From NCBI RefSeq assembly GCF_003334815.1, contig NZ_QOWO01000006.1: a DNA stretch of 64,000 nucleotides; one strand, given 5' to 3'. The notes below the pieces were generated by a model that saw only the letters and a program-made list of their open reading frames with translations, did no database searches and was not told the DNA's origin. Both the position numbers and the translations under genes were made by a program. The DNA is from Escherichia coli (GTDB taxonomy: Bacteria > Pseudomonadota > Gammaproteobacteria > Enterobacterales > Enterobacteriaceae). The stretch's first letter is position 1. Each line of letters begins with the position of its first letter. Below, piece by piece: positions 12,227-23,735 of the stretch.

Positions 12227-13177
12227 TTATAGTTTGGCGGCAAGAAGATCTTCCAGTTTGCGTTGATCAACGGCGAACAGACGAATGCCTTCAGACAGTT
12301 TTTCTACCGCCATCGCATCCTGATTGTGCTCCCAACGGAACTCCGCTTCGCTCATGGGAGCTGGGCGTGGGAACGTCTGAGAAGGTGGGATTAATTTACG
12401 TACCACTGGCGAAACTTTTTCCTGCAGCTCCTTCAGTAAATTCGGTGCGATAGTCAGTCGATCGCAGCCGGTTAAGGCGAGGATTTGTTCGGTGCGACGG
12501 AAGCTCGCGCCCATCACAATGGTTTCATAGTGGTGTTGCTTATAGTAGTCGTAGATATTGCGCACCGATTTAACGCCCGGATCTTCTTCCACCACATACG
12601 GGTCCATCGGCTTGCGTGCCTGATACCAGTCATAAATACGCCCGACAAACGGCGAAATCAGAAAAACGCCTGCTTCCGCACAGGCCCGTGCCTGTGCAAA
12701 AGAAAACAGCAGCGTCAGGTTGCAGTTAATACCTTCTTTTTCCAGCTCTTCTGCCGCGCGAATTCCTTCCCAGGTCGAAGCCAGCTTGATCAGAATGCGT
12801 GATTTCTCAACGCCTTGTTGCTGATACAAGTCCACCAGATGGCGCGCCTTCTCAATACTCTTTTCTTTATCAAAAGAGAGGCGTGCATCAACTTCTGTTG
12901 ACACGCGACCGGGTACGATTTTGAGGATTTCAGCACCGAAATTGACCGCCAGTTTGTCACACGCTGCGACCACCTGTTGTTCCTGGGTCTTGCCATTTTT
13001 TTTACCCCAGGCGATAGCATCGTCTATTAAATGCTCATATTGTGATAATCCGGCAGCTTTGAGTAACAGCGAAGGATTGGTGGTGGCATCCTGGGGATGA
13101 TAATGGCGAATGGACTCAATATCGCCGCTGTCTGCCACGACAGTGGTGAACTGTTTGATGCCGTCTAACTCGTTCAT
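12227..13177 (-). CDS. talA: Transaldolase A (316 aa)
   Basis: Transaldolase family sequence; [23 protein letters not shown]. Confidence 0.95.
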   Translation of the reverse strand: MNELDGIKQFTTVVADSGDIESIRHYHPQDATTNPSLLLKAAGLSQYEHLIDDAIAWGKKNGKTQEQQVVAACDKLAVNFGAEILKIVPGRVSTEVDARLSFDKEKSIEKARHLVDLYQQQGVEKSRILIKLASTWEGIRAAEELEKEGINCNLTLLFSFAQARACAEAGVFLISPFVGRIYDWYQARKPMDPYVVEEDPGVKSVRNIYDYYKQHHYETIVMGASFRRTEQILALTGCDRLTIAPNLLKELQEKVSPVVRKLIPPSQTFPRPAPMSEAEFRWEHNQDAMAVEKLSEGIRLFAVDQRKLEDLLAAKL

Positions 13178-13465
13178 AGGAAATACTCCTTGAAAAGTAA
13201 AGTGTTAGATGAGTGCGTTAATTCACACTTCTGAGAAATTTCGCTAAACGCATCAAAAAAGCATAGCAGACAGGCATGGTATTGCTGGATTAAGCAGGTA
13301 ACATCAGTGTTATAGGATTATTACCAAAACATTATATTAATGGTGAGAGTTTGGACTTGCTCAAAGTCTGTAGACTCCGGCAGGGTAATAATGTGCGCCA
13401 CGTTGTGGGCAGGGGCTGTTGCCCACACACTTTATTTGTGAACGTTACGTGAAAGGAACAACCAA

Positions 13466-15745
13466 ATGGATGACCAGTTAAAACAAAGTGCACTTGATTT
13501 CCATGAATTTCCAGTTCCAGGGAAAATCCAGGTTTCTCCAACCAAGCCTCTGGCAACACAGCGCGATCTGGCGCTGGCCTACTCACCAGGCGTTGCCGCA
13601 CCTTGTCTTGAAATCGAAAAAGACCCGTTAAAAGCCTACAAATATACCGCCCGCGGTAACCTGGTGGCGGTGATCTCTAACGGTACGGCGGTGCTGGGGT
13701 TAGGCAACATTGGCGCGCTGGCAGGCAAACCGGTGATGGAAGGCAAGGGCGTTCTGTTTAAGAAATTCGCCGGGATTGATGTATTTGACATTGAAGTTGA
13801 CGAACTCGACCCGGACAAATTTATTGAAGTTGTCGCCGCGCTCGAACCAACCTTCGGCGGCATCAACCTCGAAGACATTAAAGCGCCAGAATGTTTCTAT
13901 ATTGAACAGAAACTGCGCGAGCGGATGAATATTCCGGTATTCCACGACGATCAGCACGGCACGGCAATTATCAGCACTGCCGCCATCCTCAACGGCTTGC
14001 GCGTGGTGGAGAAAAACATCTCCGACGTGCGGATGGTGGTTTCCGGCGCGGGTGCCGCAGCAATCGCCTGTATGAACCTGCTGGTAGCGCTGGGTCTGCA
14101 AAAACATAACATCGTGGTTTGCGATTCAAAAGGCGTTATCTATCAGGGCCGTGAGCCAAACATGGCGGAAACCAAAGCCGCATATGCGGTGGTGGATGAC
14201 GGCAAACGTACCCTCGATGATGTGATTGAAGGCGCGGATATTTTCCTGGGCTGTTCCGGCCCGAAAGTGCTGACCCAGGAAATGGTGAAGAAAATGGCTC
14301 GTGCGCCAATGATCCTGGCGCTGGCGAACCCGGAACCGGAAATTCTGCCGCCGCTGGCGAAAGAAGTGCGTCCGGATGCCATCATTTGCACCGGTCGTTC
14401 TGACTATCCGAACCAGGTGAACAACGTCCTGTGCTTCCCGTTCATCTTCCGTGGCGCGCTGGACGTTGGCGCAACCGCCATCAACGAAGAGATGAAACTG
14501 GCGGCGGTACGTGCGATTGCAGAACTCGCCCATGCGGAACAGAGCGAAGTGGTGGCTTCAGCGTATGGCGATCAGGATCTGAGCTTTGGTCCGGAATACA
14601 TCATTCCAAAACCGTTTGATCCGCGCTTGATCGTTAAGATCGCTCCTGCGGTCGCTAAAGCCGCGATGGAGTCGGGCGTGGCGACTCGTCCGATTGCTGA
14701 TTTCGACGTCTACATCGACAAGCTGACTGAGTTCGTTTACAAAACCAACCTGTTTATGAAGCCGATTTTCTCCCAGGCTCGCAAAGCGCCGAAGCGCGTT
14801 GTTCTGCCGGAAGGGGAAGAGGCGCGCGTTCTGCATGCCACTCAGGAACTGGTAACGCTGGGACTGGCGAAACCGATCCTTATCGGTCGTCCGAACGTGA
14901 TCGAAATGCGCATTCAGAAACTGGGCTTGCAGATCAAAGCGGGCGTTGATTTTGAGATCGTCAATAACGAATCCGATCCGCGCTTTAAAGAGTACTGGAC
15001 CGAATACTTCCAGATCATGAAGCGTCGCGGCGTCACTCAGGAACAGGCGCAGCGGGCGCTGATCAGTAACCCGACAGTGATCGGCGCGATCATGGTTCAG
15101 CGTGGGGAAGCCGATGCAATGATTTGCGGTACGGTGGGTGATTATCATGAACATTTTAGCGTGGTGAAAAATGTCTTTGGTTATCGCGATGGCGTTCACA
15201 CCGCAGGTGCCATGAACGCGCTGCTGCTGCCGAGTGGTAACACCTTTATTGCCGATACATATGTTAATGATGAACCGGATGCAGAAGAGCTGGCGGAGAT
15301 CACCTTGATGGCGGCAGAAACTGTCCGTCGTTTTGGTATTGAGCCGCGCGTTGCTTTGTTGTCGCACTCCAACTTTGGTTCTTCTGACTGCCCGTCGTCG
15401 AGCAAAATGCGTCAGGCGCTGGAACTGGTCAGGGAACGTGCACCAGAACTGATGATTGATGGTGAAATGCACGGCGATGCAGCGCTGGTGGAAGCGATTC
15501 GCAACGACCGTATGCCGGACAGCTCTTTGAAAGGTTCCGCCAATATTCTGGTGATGCCGAACATGGAAGCTGCCCGCATTAGTTACAACTTACTGCGTGT
15601 TTCCAGCTCGGAAGGTGTGACTGTCGGCCCGGTGCTGATGGGTGTGGCGAAACCGGTTCACGTGTTAACGCCGATCGCATCGGTGCGTCGTATCGTCAAC
15701 ATGGTGGCGCTGGCCGTGGTAGAAGCGCAAACCCAACCGCTGTAA
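13466..15745 (+). CDS. maeB: NADP-dependent malic enzyme (malic enzyme domain fused to a PTA-like domain, 759 aa)
   Basis: Full-length match to MaeB architecture; [23 protein letters not shown]. Confidence 0.95.
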
Positions 15746-16037
15746 TTTTTTTTAACTCTCACGCTTACCCTGAATATTCAGGGTAAGCAGTTTAGCTGCA
15801 ATATATTAGTAAAGCTTATTACTGAGTTTGCGAATAATAAAAAAAAGCAGTCTATATAATATCTCGATATTATTTTATTTATATTCATGCGTTGCATATG
15901 AAAGTTTATGCACCACAGCGAATATCTCTCCATTCTTAGTGATCTACCTCACCTTTTAAACGCGCTTGCCGAATTTTGTTATTTACTCTGACGAAAAATT
16001 GTCACGATACACGAAAGTTTTTCACAGGCGGCGACTC

Positions 16038-16373
16038 ATGGATAAAGAACGCATCATTCAGGAATTTGTGCCCGGCAAACAGGTCACACTGGCGCATCTC
16101 ATCGCGCATCCCGGTGAGGAACTGGCGAAGAAAATCGGCGTTCCGGATGCGGGCGCAATTGGCATTATGACGCTAACTCCCGGCGAAACGGCGATGATCG
16201 CCGGTGATTTAGCGCTGAAAGCCGCTGATGTGCATATCGGTTTTCTCGACCGATTCAGCGGTGCATTGGTGATTTATGGCTCGGTGGGCGCAGTAGAAGA
16301 AGCGTTATCACAAACCGTCAGCGGTTTAGGTCGCTTATTAAATTATACGCTTTGTGAAATGACCAAAAGTTAA
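16038..16373 (+). CDS. eutS: Ethanolamine microcompartment shell protein EutS (111 aa)
   Basis: Track ORF trimmed to the ATG at 16038 ([14 protein letters not shown]); BMC-domain protein, first gene of the eut operon. Confidence 0.9.
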
Positions 16374-16385
16374 TACGAGGCATTC

Positions 16386-16865
16386 ATGAAACGAATTGCG
16401 TTTGTGGGTAGCGTCGGGGCAGGAAAAACAACGTTATTTAATGCGTTGCAGGGGAATTATACCCTCGCCAGAAAAACACAGGCCGTGGAATTTAATGATA
16501 AGGGCGATATTGATACGCCGGGTGAATATTTTAACCATCCCCGCTGGTATCACGCCTTAATTACCACGCTACAGGATGTAGACATGCTGATCTTTGTCCA
16601 TGGCGCAAATGACCCGGAAAGTCGGTTGCCTGCCGGGTTGCTGGATATTGGCGTCAGCAAACGGCAAATCGCCGTCATCAGTAAAACGGACATGCCAGAT
16701 GCTGACGTCGCCGCAACGCGAAAGTTATTGCTTGAGACGGGCTTCGAAGAGCCGATTTTCGAGCTAAACAGCCACGACCCGCAAAGCGTGCAGCAACTGG
16801 TGGATTATCTGGCATCTCTCACCAAACAGGAGGAAGCAGGTGAAAAAACTCATCACAGCGAATGA
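16386..16865 (+). CDS. eutP: EutP (P-loop GTPase/acetate kinase-like)
   Basis: Walker A GSVGAGKTTL; position in eut operon. Confidence 0.9.
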   Translation: MKRIAFVGSVGAGKTTLFNALQGNYTLARKTQAVEFNDKGDIDTPGEYFNHPRWYHALITTLQDVDMLIFVHGANDPESRLPAGLLDIGVSKRQIAVISKTDMPDADVAATRKLLLETGFEEPIFELNSHDPQSVQQLVDYLASLTKQEEAGEKTHHSE

Positions 16866-17541
16866 TATTCGTGAAGCACACGCGCGCGGCGAACAGGCAA
16901 TGTCCGTGGTTCTGCGCGCCAGCATTATTACCCCGGAAGCCCGTGAAGTGGCGGATCTACTGGGTTTTACCATCACCGAATGTGATGAATCGATCCCGGT
17001 AACGGCGTCCGTGCCCGCCAGCGTGCCAGCCGACAAAACCGAAAGCCAGCGCATCCGCGAAACCATCATTGCCCAGCTGCCGGAAGGCCAGTTTACCGAA
17101 AGCCTGGTCGCACAGCTGATGGAAAAAGTGATGAAGGAAAAACAGTCGCTGGAGCAGGGCGCAATGCAGCCGAGCTTCAAATCGGTGACCGGCAAAGGCG
17201 GCATCAAAGTGATTGATGGCAGTAGCGTCAAGTTTGGTCGTTTCGACGGCGCAGAGCCGCATTGCGTGGGCTTGACTGATCTTGTGACCGGAGACGACGG
17301 CAGCAGCATGGCCGCCGGTTTTATGCAGTGGGAGAACGCATTCTTCCCGTGGACCCTGAACTACGACGAAATCGACATGGTGCTGGAAGGGGAGCTGCAT
17401 GTTCGCCACGAAGGCCAAACCATGATCGCCAAAGCAGGCGACGTGATGTTTATCCCGAAAGGCTCCAGCATCGAATTTGGTACGACATCCAGCGTGAAAT
17501 TCCTGTATGTCGCCTGGCCGGCTAACTGGCAATCCCTATGA
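16840..17541 (+). CDS. eutQ: EutQ (cupin-fold acetate kinase); GTG start overlapping eutP by 26 nt
   Basis: MKKLITANDIREAHARGEQ; AGGAGG RBS upstream of the GTG. Confidence 0.9.
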   Translation: MKKLITANDIREAHARGEQAMSVVLRASIITPEAREVADLLGFTITECDESIPVTASVPASVPADKTESQRIRETIIAQLPEGQFTESLVAQLMEKVMKEKQSLEQGAMQPSFKSVTGKGGIKVIDGSSVKFGRFDGAEPHCVGLTDLVTGDDGSSMAAGFMQWENAFFPWTLNYDEIDMVLEGELHVRHEGQTMIAKAGDVMFIPKGSSIEFGTTSSVKFLYVAWPANWQSL

Positions 17542-18341
17542 AAGATTTCATCACCGAAGCATGGCTAAGAGCGAACCATACGCTCAGCGAAGGCGCAGAG
17601 ATCCATCTCCCTGCGGACAGTCGCCTGACGCCCTCTGCCCGGGAGTTGCTGGAAAGCCGCCATCTGCGCATCAAGTTTATTGACGAGCAGGGCCGCCTGT
17701 TTGTTGACGATGAACAGCAGCAGCCGCAGCCCGTTCATGGGCTGACCAGTAGCGATGAACATCCGCAGGCGTGCTGCGAACTGTGTCGCCAGCCGGTGGC
17801 AAAAAAGCCGGATACGCTGACTCACCTGTCGGCGGAAAAAATGGTCGCCAAAAGCGATCCGCGTCTGGGTTTTCGCGCGGTTCTCGACAGCACCATTGCG
17901 CTGGCAGTGTGGCTGCAAATTGAACTGGCGGAACCGTGGCAGCCGTGGCTGGCGGATATCCGTTCGCGTCTTGGCAACATTATGCGCGCCGATGCGCTGG
18001 GGGAACCGCTGGGCTGCCAGGCGATTGTCGGGCTTTCTGACGAAGATCTGCATCGGCTTTCTCATCAGCCGCTGCGCTATCTCGACCACGATCATCTGGT
18101 GCCGGAAGCCAGCCACGGGCGCGATGCTGCGTTGCTCAATCTGCTACGCACCAAAGTGCGGGAAACCGAAACCGTAGCGGCGCAGGTCTTTATCACCCGC
18201 AGCTTTGAAGTATTACGCCCGGACATTTTGCAGGCGCTGAACCGCCTTTCGAGCACGGTCTACGTGATGATGATCCTGAGCGTAACGAAGCAGCCGCTAA
18301 CGGTGAAGCAGATCCAACAACGACTGGGGGAAACGCAATGA
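17538..18341 (+). CDS. eutT: EutT corrinoid adenosyltransferase
   Basis: Sequence and operon position; 4-nt overlap with eutD. Confidence 0.9.
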
Positions 18342-19354
18342 TTATTGAACGTTGTCGTGAACTGGCGTTGCGAGCGCCCGCCAGAGTGGTTTTTCCGGAT
18401 GCGTTAGACCAACGTGTGCTGAAAGCCGCGCAATATTTACATCAACAAGGTCTGGCAACGCCCATTCTGGTCGCCAATCCGTTTGAACTTCGTCAGTTTG
18501 CGCTCAGTCACGGCGTGGCGATGGACGGGCTACAGGTGATTGATCCGCATGGCAACCTCGCAATGCGGGAAGAATTTGCTCATCGCTGGCTGGCCCGCGC
18601 GGGCGAAAAAACGCCGCCGGATGCGCTGGAAAAACTTACCGACCCTCTGATGTTCGCCGCAGCAATGGTCAGCGCCGGTAAAGCGGATGTCTGTATCGCG
18701 GGCAACCTCTCTTCCACGGCAAATGTGCTGCGTGCCGGATTACGCATTATCGGCTTGCAGCCAGGCTGTAAAACGCTCTCTTCCATTTTCCTGATGTTGC
18801 CACAGTACAGCGGCCCGGCGTTGGGCTTTGCCGATTGCAGCGTGGTGCCACAGCCGACGGCGGCGCAGCTGGCGGATATCGCGCTTGCCAGTGCCGAAAC
18901 CTGGCGCGCCATCACCGGAGAAGAGCCGCGCGTGGCGATGCTGTCGTTTTCCAGCAATGGTAGCGCCCGTCACCCCTGTGTTGCTAACGTCCAGCAGGCG
19001 ACAGAAATCGTCCGTGAGCGCGCACCAAAGCTGGTGGTGGATGGCGAGTTACAGTTTGACGCCGCCTTCGTGCCGGAAGTGGCGGCGCAAAAAGCGCCTG
19101 CCAGCCCGCTACAGGGCAAGGCCAATGTGATGGTTTTTCCGTCGCTGGAAGCCGGAAATATTGGTTACAAAATCGCACAACGACTCGGCGGATATCGTGC
19201 CGTCGGGCCACTGATACAAGGACTTGCCGCGCCGATGCACGATCTCTCTCGTGGTTGTAGCGTGCAGGAAATTATCGAGCTGGCGCTGGTGGCAGCTGTG
19301 CCGCGTCAGACAGAAGTGAACCGCGAAAGCAGTTTACAAACACTGGTTGAATGA
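18338..19354 (+). CDS. eutD: EutD phosphotransacetylase
   Basis: PTA-family sequence; operon position. Confidence 0.92.
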
Positions 19355-19392
19355 ACGGTCCCGTTCTGGACCCTGATAAAGAGGAAAGCACA

Positions 19393-19686
19393 ATGGAAGC
19401 ATTAGGAATGATCGAAACCCGGGGCCTGGTTGCACTGATTGAGGCTTCTGACGCGATGGTGAAAGCTGCGCGCGTCAAGCTGGTTGGTGTTAAGCAGATT
19501 GGCGGCGGCCTGTGTACTGCCATGGTTCGTGGTGATGTTGCAGCCTGTAAAGCCGCGACCGATGCAGGTGCCGCAGCGGCACAGCGTATCGGCGAGCTGG
19601 TATCTGTACACGTTATCCCGCGTCCGCACGGCGACCTGGAAGAAGTCTTCCCGATCGGCCTGAAAGGCGATAGCAGCAACCTGTAA
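19393..19686 (+). CDS. eutM: EutM major BMC shell protein (97 aa)
   Basis: Track ORF trimmed to [26 protein letters not shown], a canonical BMC-H domain. Confidence 0.93.
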   Translation: MEALGMIETRGLVALIEASDAMVKAARVKLVGVKQIGGGLCTAMVRGDVAACKAATDAGAAAAQRIGELVSVHVIPRPHGDLEEVFPIGLKGDSSNL

Positions 19687-19792
19687 TCACCCTGTGTGAC
19701 GTCGATTCGGGCGTCACGCTCTCTCCTTTTTCATTTTACCTTCTGCGGAGGGTAGGGGGAGCTTTTACCTGAAATACGCCACGGAGGCGGGT

Positions 19793-20080
19793 ATGAAACT
19801 GGCAGTCGTCACTGGACAAATTGTTTGTACCGTACGCCATCACGGACTGGCGCATGACAAATTGCTGATGGTGGAAATGATTGATCCACAAGGTAATCCT
19901 GACGGGCAATGCGCCGTCGCCATCGACAATATTGGCGCGGGAACCGGGGAGTGGGTGTTACTGGTGAGTGGCAGTTCCGCCCGCCAGGCGCATAAAAGCG
20001 AAACGTCACCGGTCGATCTGTGCGTGATTGGCATTGTCGATGAGGTGGTGTCTGGCGGTCAGGTAATTTTCCACAAATAA
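19793..20080 (+). CDS. eutN: EutN BMC vertex (pentamer) protein
   Basis: EutN/CcmL-family sequence MKLAVVTGQIVCTVRH. Confidence 0.92.
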   Translation: MKLAVVTGQIVCTVRHHGLAHDKLLMVEMIDPQGNPDGQCAVAIDNIGAGTGEWVLLVSGSSARQAHKSETSPVDLCVIGIVDEVVSGGQVIFHK

Positions 20081-20091
20081 GGCAGAACATC

Positions 20092-21495
20092 ATGAATCAA
20101 CAGGATATTGAACAGGTGGTGAAAGCGGTACTGCTGAAAATGCAAAGCAGTGACACGCCGTCCGCCGCCGTTCATGAGATGGGCGTTTTCGCGTCCCTGG
20201 ATGACGCCGTTGCGGCAGCCAAAGTCGCCCAGCAAGGGTTAAAAAGCGTGGCAATGCGCCAGTTAGCCATTGCTGCCATTCGTGAAGCAGGCGAAAAACA
20301 CGCCAGAGATTTAGCGGAACTTGCCGTCAGTGAAACCGGCATGGGGCGCGTTGAAGATAAATTTGCAAAAAACGTCGCTCAGGCGCGCGGCACACCAGGC
20401 GTTGAGTGCCTCTCTCCGCAAGTGCTGACTGGCGACAACGGCCTGACCCTAATTGAAAACGCACCCTGGGGCGTGGTGGCTTCGGTGACGCCTTCCACTA
20501 ACCCGGCGGCAACCGTAATTAACAACGCCATCAGCCTGATTGCCGCGGGCAACAGCGTCATTTTTGCCCCGCATCCGGCGGCGAAAAAAGTCTCCCAGCG
20601 GGCGATTACGCTGCTCAACCAGGCGATTGTTGCCGCAGGTGGGCCGGAAAACTTACTGGTTACTGTGGCAAATCCGGATATCGAAACCGCGCAACGCTTG
20701 TTCAAGTTTCCGGGTATCGGCCTGCTGGTGGTAACCGGCGGCGAAGCGGTAGTAGAAGCGGCGCGTAAACACACCAATAAACGTCTGATTGCCGCAGGCG
20801 CTGGCAACCCGCCGGTAGTGGTGGATGAAACCGCCGACCTCGCCCGTGCCGCTCAGTCCATCGTCAAAGGCGCTTCTTTCGATAACAACATCATTTGTGC
20901 CGACGAAAAGGTACTGATTGTTGTTGATAGCGTAGCCGATGAACTGATGCGTCTGATGGAAGGCCAGCACGCGGTGAAACTGACCGCAGAACAGGCGCAG
21001 CAGCTGCAACCGGTGTTGCTGAAAAATATCGACGAGCGCGGAAAAGGCACCGTCAGCCGTGACTGGGTTGGTCGCGACGCAGGCAAAATCGCGGCGGCAA
21101 TCGGCCTTAAAGTTCCGCAAGAAACGCGCCTGCTGTTTGTGGAAACCACCGCAGAACATCCGTTTGCCGTGACTGAACTGATGATGCCGGTGTTGCCCGT
21201 CGTGCGCGTCGCCAACGTGGCGGATGCCATTGCGCTAGCGGTGAAACTGGAAGGCGGTTGCCACCACACGGCGGCAATGCACTCGCGCAACATCGAAAAC
21301 ATGAACCAGATGGCGAATGCTATTGATACCAGCATTTTCGTTAAGAACGGACCGTGCATTGCCGGGCTGGGGCTGGGCGGGGAAGGCTGGACCACCATGA
21401 CCATCACCACGCCAACCGGTGAAGGGGTAACCAGCGCGCGTACGTTTGTCCGTCTGCGTCGCTGTGTATTAGTCGATGCGTTTCGCATTGTTTAA
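20092..21495 (+). CDS. eutE: EutE CoA-acylating acetaldehyde dehydrogenase
   Basis: Aldehyde dehydrogenase family sequence; operon position. Confidence 0.95.
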   Translation: MNQQDIEQVVKAVLLKMQSSDTPSAAVHEMGVFASLDDAVAAAKVAQQGLKSVAMRQLAIAAIREAGEKHARDLAELAVSETGMGRVEDKFAKNVAQARGTPGVECLSPQVLTGDNGLTLIENAPWGVVASVTPSTNPAATVINNAISLIAAGNSVIFAPHPAAKKVSQRAITLLNQAIVAAGGPENLLVTVANPDIETAQRLFKFPGIGLLVVTGGEAVVEAARKHTNKRLIAAGAGNPPVVVDETADLARAAQSIVKGASFDNNIICADEKVLIVVDSVADELMRLMEGQHAVKLTAEQAQQLQPVLLKNIDERGKGTVSRDWVGRDAGKIAAAIGLKVPQETRLLFVETTAEHPFAVTELMMPVLPVVRVANVADAIALAVKLEGGCHHTAAMHSRNIENMNQMANAIDTSIFVKNGPCIAGLGLGGEGWTTMTITTPTGEGVTSARTFVRLRRCVLVDAFRIV

Positions 21496-21505
21496 GGAGT
21501 AACAG

Positions 21506-22342
21506 ATGGCGCACGACGAACAATGGCTCACCCCACGTCTGCAAACGGCGGCAACGCTGTGTAACCAGACGCCCGCCGCGACGGAATCTCCGCTGTGGCT
21601 GGGGGTGGATCTGGGCACCTGCGATGTGGTGTCGATGGTTGTCGACCGCGACGGTCAGCCAGTGGCGGTATGCCTCGACTGGGCCGATGTGGTTCGCGAC
21701 GGCATCGTCTGGGATTTCTTCGGCGCTGTCACCATTGTTCGTCGCCATCTCGACACGCTCGAGCAGCAATTCGGTCGTCGTTTTAGCCATGCGGCGACTT
21801 CATTTCCTCCAGGTACGGACCCGCGTATTTCCATCAACGTGCTGGAATCTGCCGGACTGGAAGTGAGCCATGTGCTGGATGAGCCAACCGCAGTTGCGGA
21901 TCTGCTGCAACTGGACAACGCCGGTGTAGTGGATATCGGCGGCGGCACTACCGGCATTGCCATCGTGAAAAAGGGCAAGGTGACGTACTCGGCGGATGAA
22001 GCCACCGGCGGACATCACATCTCTCTGACTCTCGCCGGAAATCGCCGTATTTCGCTGGAAGAGGCGGAGCAGTACAAGCGCGGTCACGGTGAAGAGATTT
22101 GGCCTGCGGTGAAACCGGTGTACGAAAAAATGGCGGACATTGTCGCCCGGCATATTGAAGGGCAGGGCATTACTGATTTATGGCTGGCGGGCGGCTCTTG
22201 TATGCAACCGGGCGTGGCGGAACTGTTTCGCAAACAATTCCCGGCGTTACAGGTGCATTTACCGCAGCACAGTTTGTTTATGACCCCGCTGGCGATCGCC
22301 AGTAGTGGGCGAGAGAAAGCGGAGGGGCTATATGCAAAATGA
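21506..22342 (+). CDS. eutJ: EutJ (DnaK/actin-fold chaperone-like)
   Basis: Sequence and operon position. Confidence 0.92.
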   Translation: MAHDEQWLTPRLQTAATLCNQTPAATESPLWLGVDLGTCDVVSMVVDRDGQPVAVCLDWADVVRDGIVWDFFGAVTIVRRHLDTLEQQFGRRFSHAATSFPPGTDPRISINVLESAGLEVSHVLDEPTAVADLLQLDNAGVVDIGGGTTGIAIVKKGKVTYSADEATGGHHISLTLAGNRRISLEEAEQYKRGHGEEIWPAVKPVYEKMADIVARHIEGQGITDLWLAGGSCMQPGVAELFRKQFPALQVHLPQHSLFMTPLAIASSGREKAEGLYAK

Positions 22343-23519
22343 ATTGCAGACCGCGCTCTTTCAGGCGTTCGATACCCTGAATCTGCAACGGGTAAAAACA
22401 TTTAGCGTTCCACCGGTGACGCTTTGCGGTCCGGGCTCGGTGAGCAGTTGCGGACAGCAAGCGCAAACGCGTGGGCTGAAACATCTGTTCGTGATGGCAG
22501 ACAGCTTTTTGCATCAGGCAGGGATGACCGCCGGGCTGACGCGTAGCCTGACCGTTAAAGGTATCGCCATGACGCTCTGGCCATGTCCGGTGGGCGAACC
22601 GTGCATTACCGACGTGTGTGCAGCCGTGGCGCAGTTGCGTGAGTCAGGCTGTGATGGGGTGATCGCGTTTGGCGGCGGCTCGGTGCTGGATGCGGCGAAA
22701 GCCGTGACGTTGCTGGTGACGAACCCGGATAGCACGCTGGCAGAGATGTCAGAAACCAGCGTTCTGCAACCGCGCTTGCCGCTGATTGCCATTCCAACTA
22801 CCGCAGGAACCGGCTCTGAAACCACCAATGTAACGGTGATTATCGACGCGGTGAGCGGGCGCAAGCAGGTGTTAGCCCATGCCTCGCTGATGCCGGATGT
22901 GGCGATCCTCGACGCCGCATTGACCGAAGGTGTGCCGTCGCATGTCACGGCGATGACCGGCATTGATGCGTTAACCCATGCCATTGAAGCATACAGCGCC
23001 CTGAACGCTACACCGTTTACCGACAGTCTGGCGATTGGTGCCATTGCGATGATTGGCAAATCGCTGCCGAAAGCGGTGGGCTACGGTCACGACCTTGCCG
23101 CGCGCGAGAGCATGTTGCTGGCTTCATGTATGGCGGGAATGGCGTTTTCCAGTGCGGGTCTTGGGTTGTGCCACGCGATGGCGCATCAGCCGGGCGCGGC
23201 GCTGCATATTCCGCACGGTCTCGCGAACGCCATGTTGCTGCCAACGGTGATGGAATTTAACCGGATGGTTTGTCGTGAACGCTTTAGTCAGATTGGTCGG
23301 GCACTGCGAACTAAAAAATCCGACGATCGTGACGCTATTAACGCGGTAAGTGAGCTGATTGCGGAAGTTGGGATTGGTAAACGACTGGGCGATGTTGGTG
23401 CGACATCTGCGCATTACGGCGCATGGGCGCAGGCCGCGCTGGAAGATATTTGTCTGCGCAGTAACCCGCGTACCGCCAGCCTGGAGCAGATTGTCGGCCT
23501 GTACGCAGCGGCGCAATAA
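22332..23519 (+). CDS. eutG: EutG iron-containing alcohol dehydrogenase (395 aa)
   Basis: Track ORF trimmed to MQNELQTALFQAFDTLNLQ; 11-nt overlap with eutJ. Confidence 0.92.
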   Translation: MQNELQTALFQAFDTLNLQRVKTFSVPPVTLCGPGSVSSCGQQAQTRGLKHLFVMADSFLHQAGMTAGLTRSLTVKGIAMTLWPCPVGEPCITDVCAAVAQLRESGCDGVIAFGGGSVLDAAKAVTLLVTNPDSTLAEMSETSVLQPRLPLIAIPTTAGTGSETTNVTVIIDAVSGRKQVLAHASLMPDVAILDAALTEGVPSHVTAMTGIDALTHAIEAYSALNATPFTDSLAIGAIAMIGKSLPKAVGYGHDLAARESMLLASCMAGMAFSSAGLGLCHAMAHQPGAALHIPHGLANAMLLPTVMEFNRMVCRERFSQIGRALRTKKSDDRDAINAVSELIAEVGIGKRLGDVGATSAHYGAWAQAALEDICLRSNPRTASLEQIVGLYAAAQ

Positions 23520-23521
23520 AT

Positions 23522-23705
<184 letters not shown>

Positions 23706-23735
23706 ATAAATAACAACTAACAGGGAGTAAAGGCG

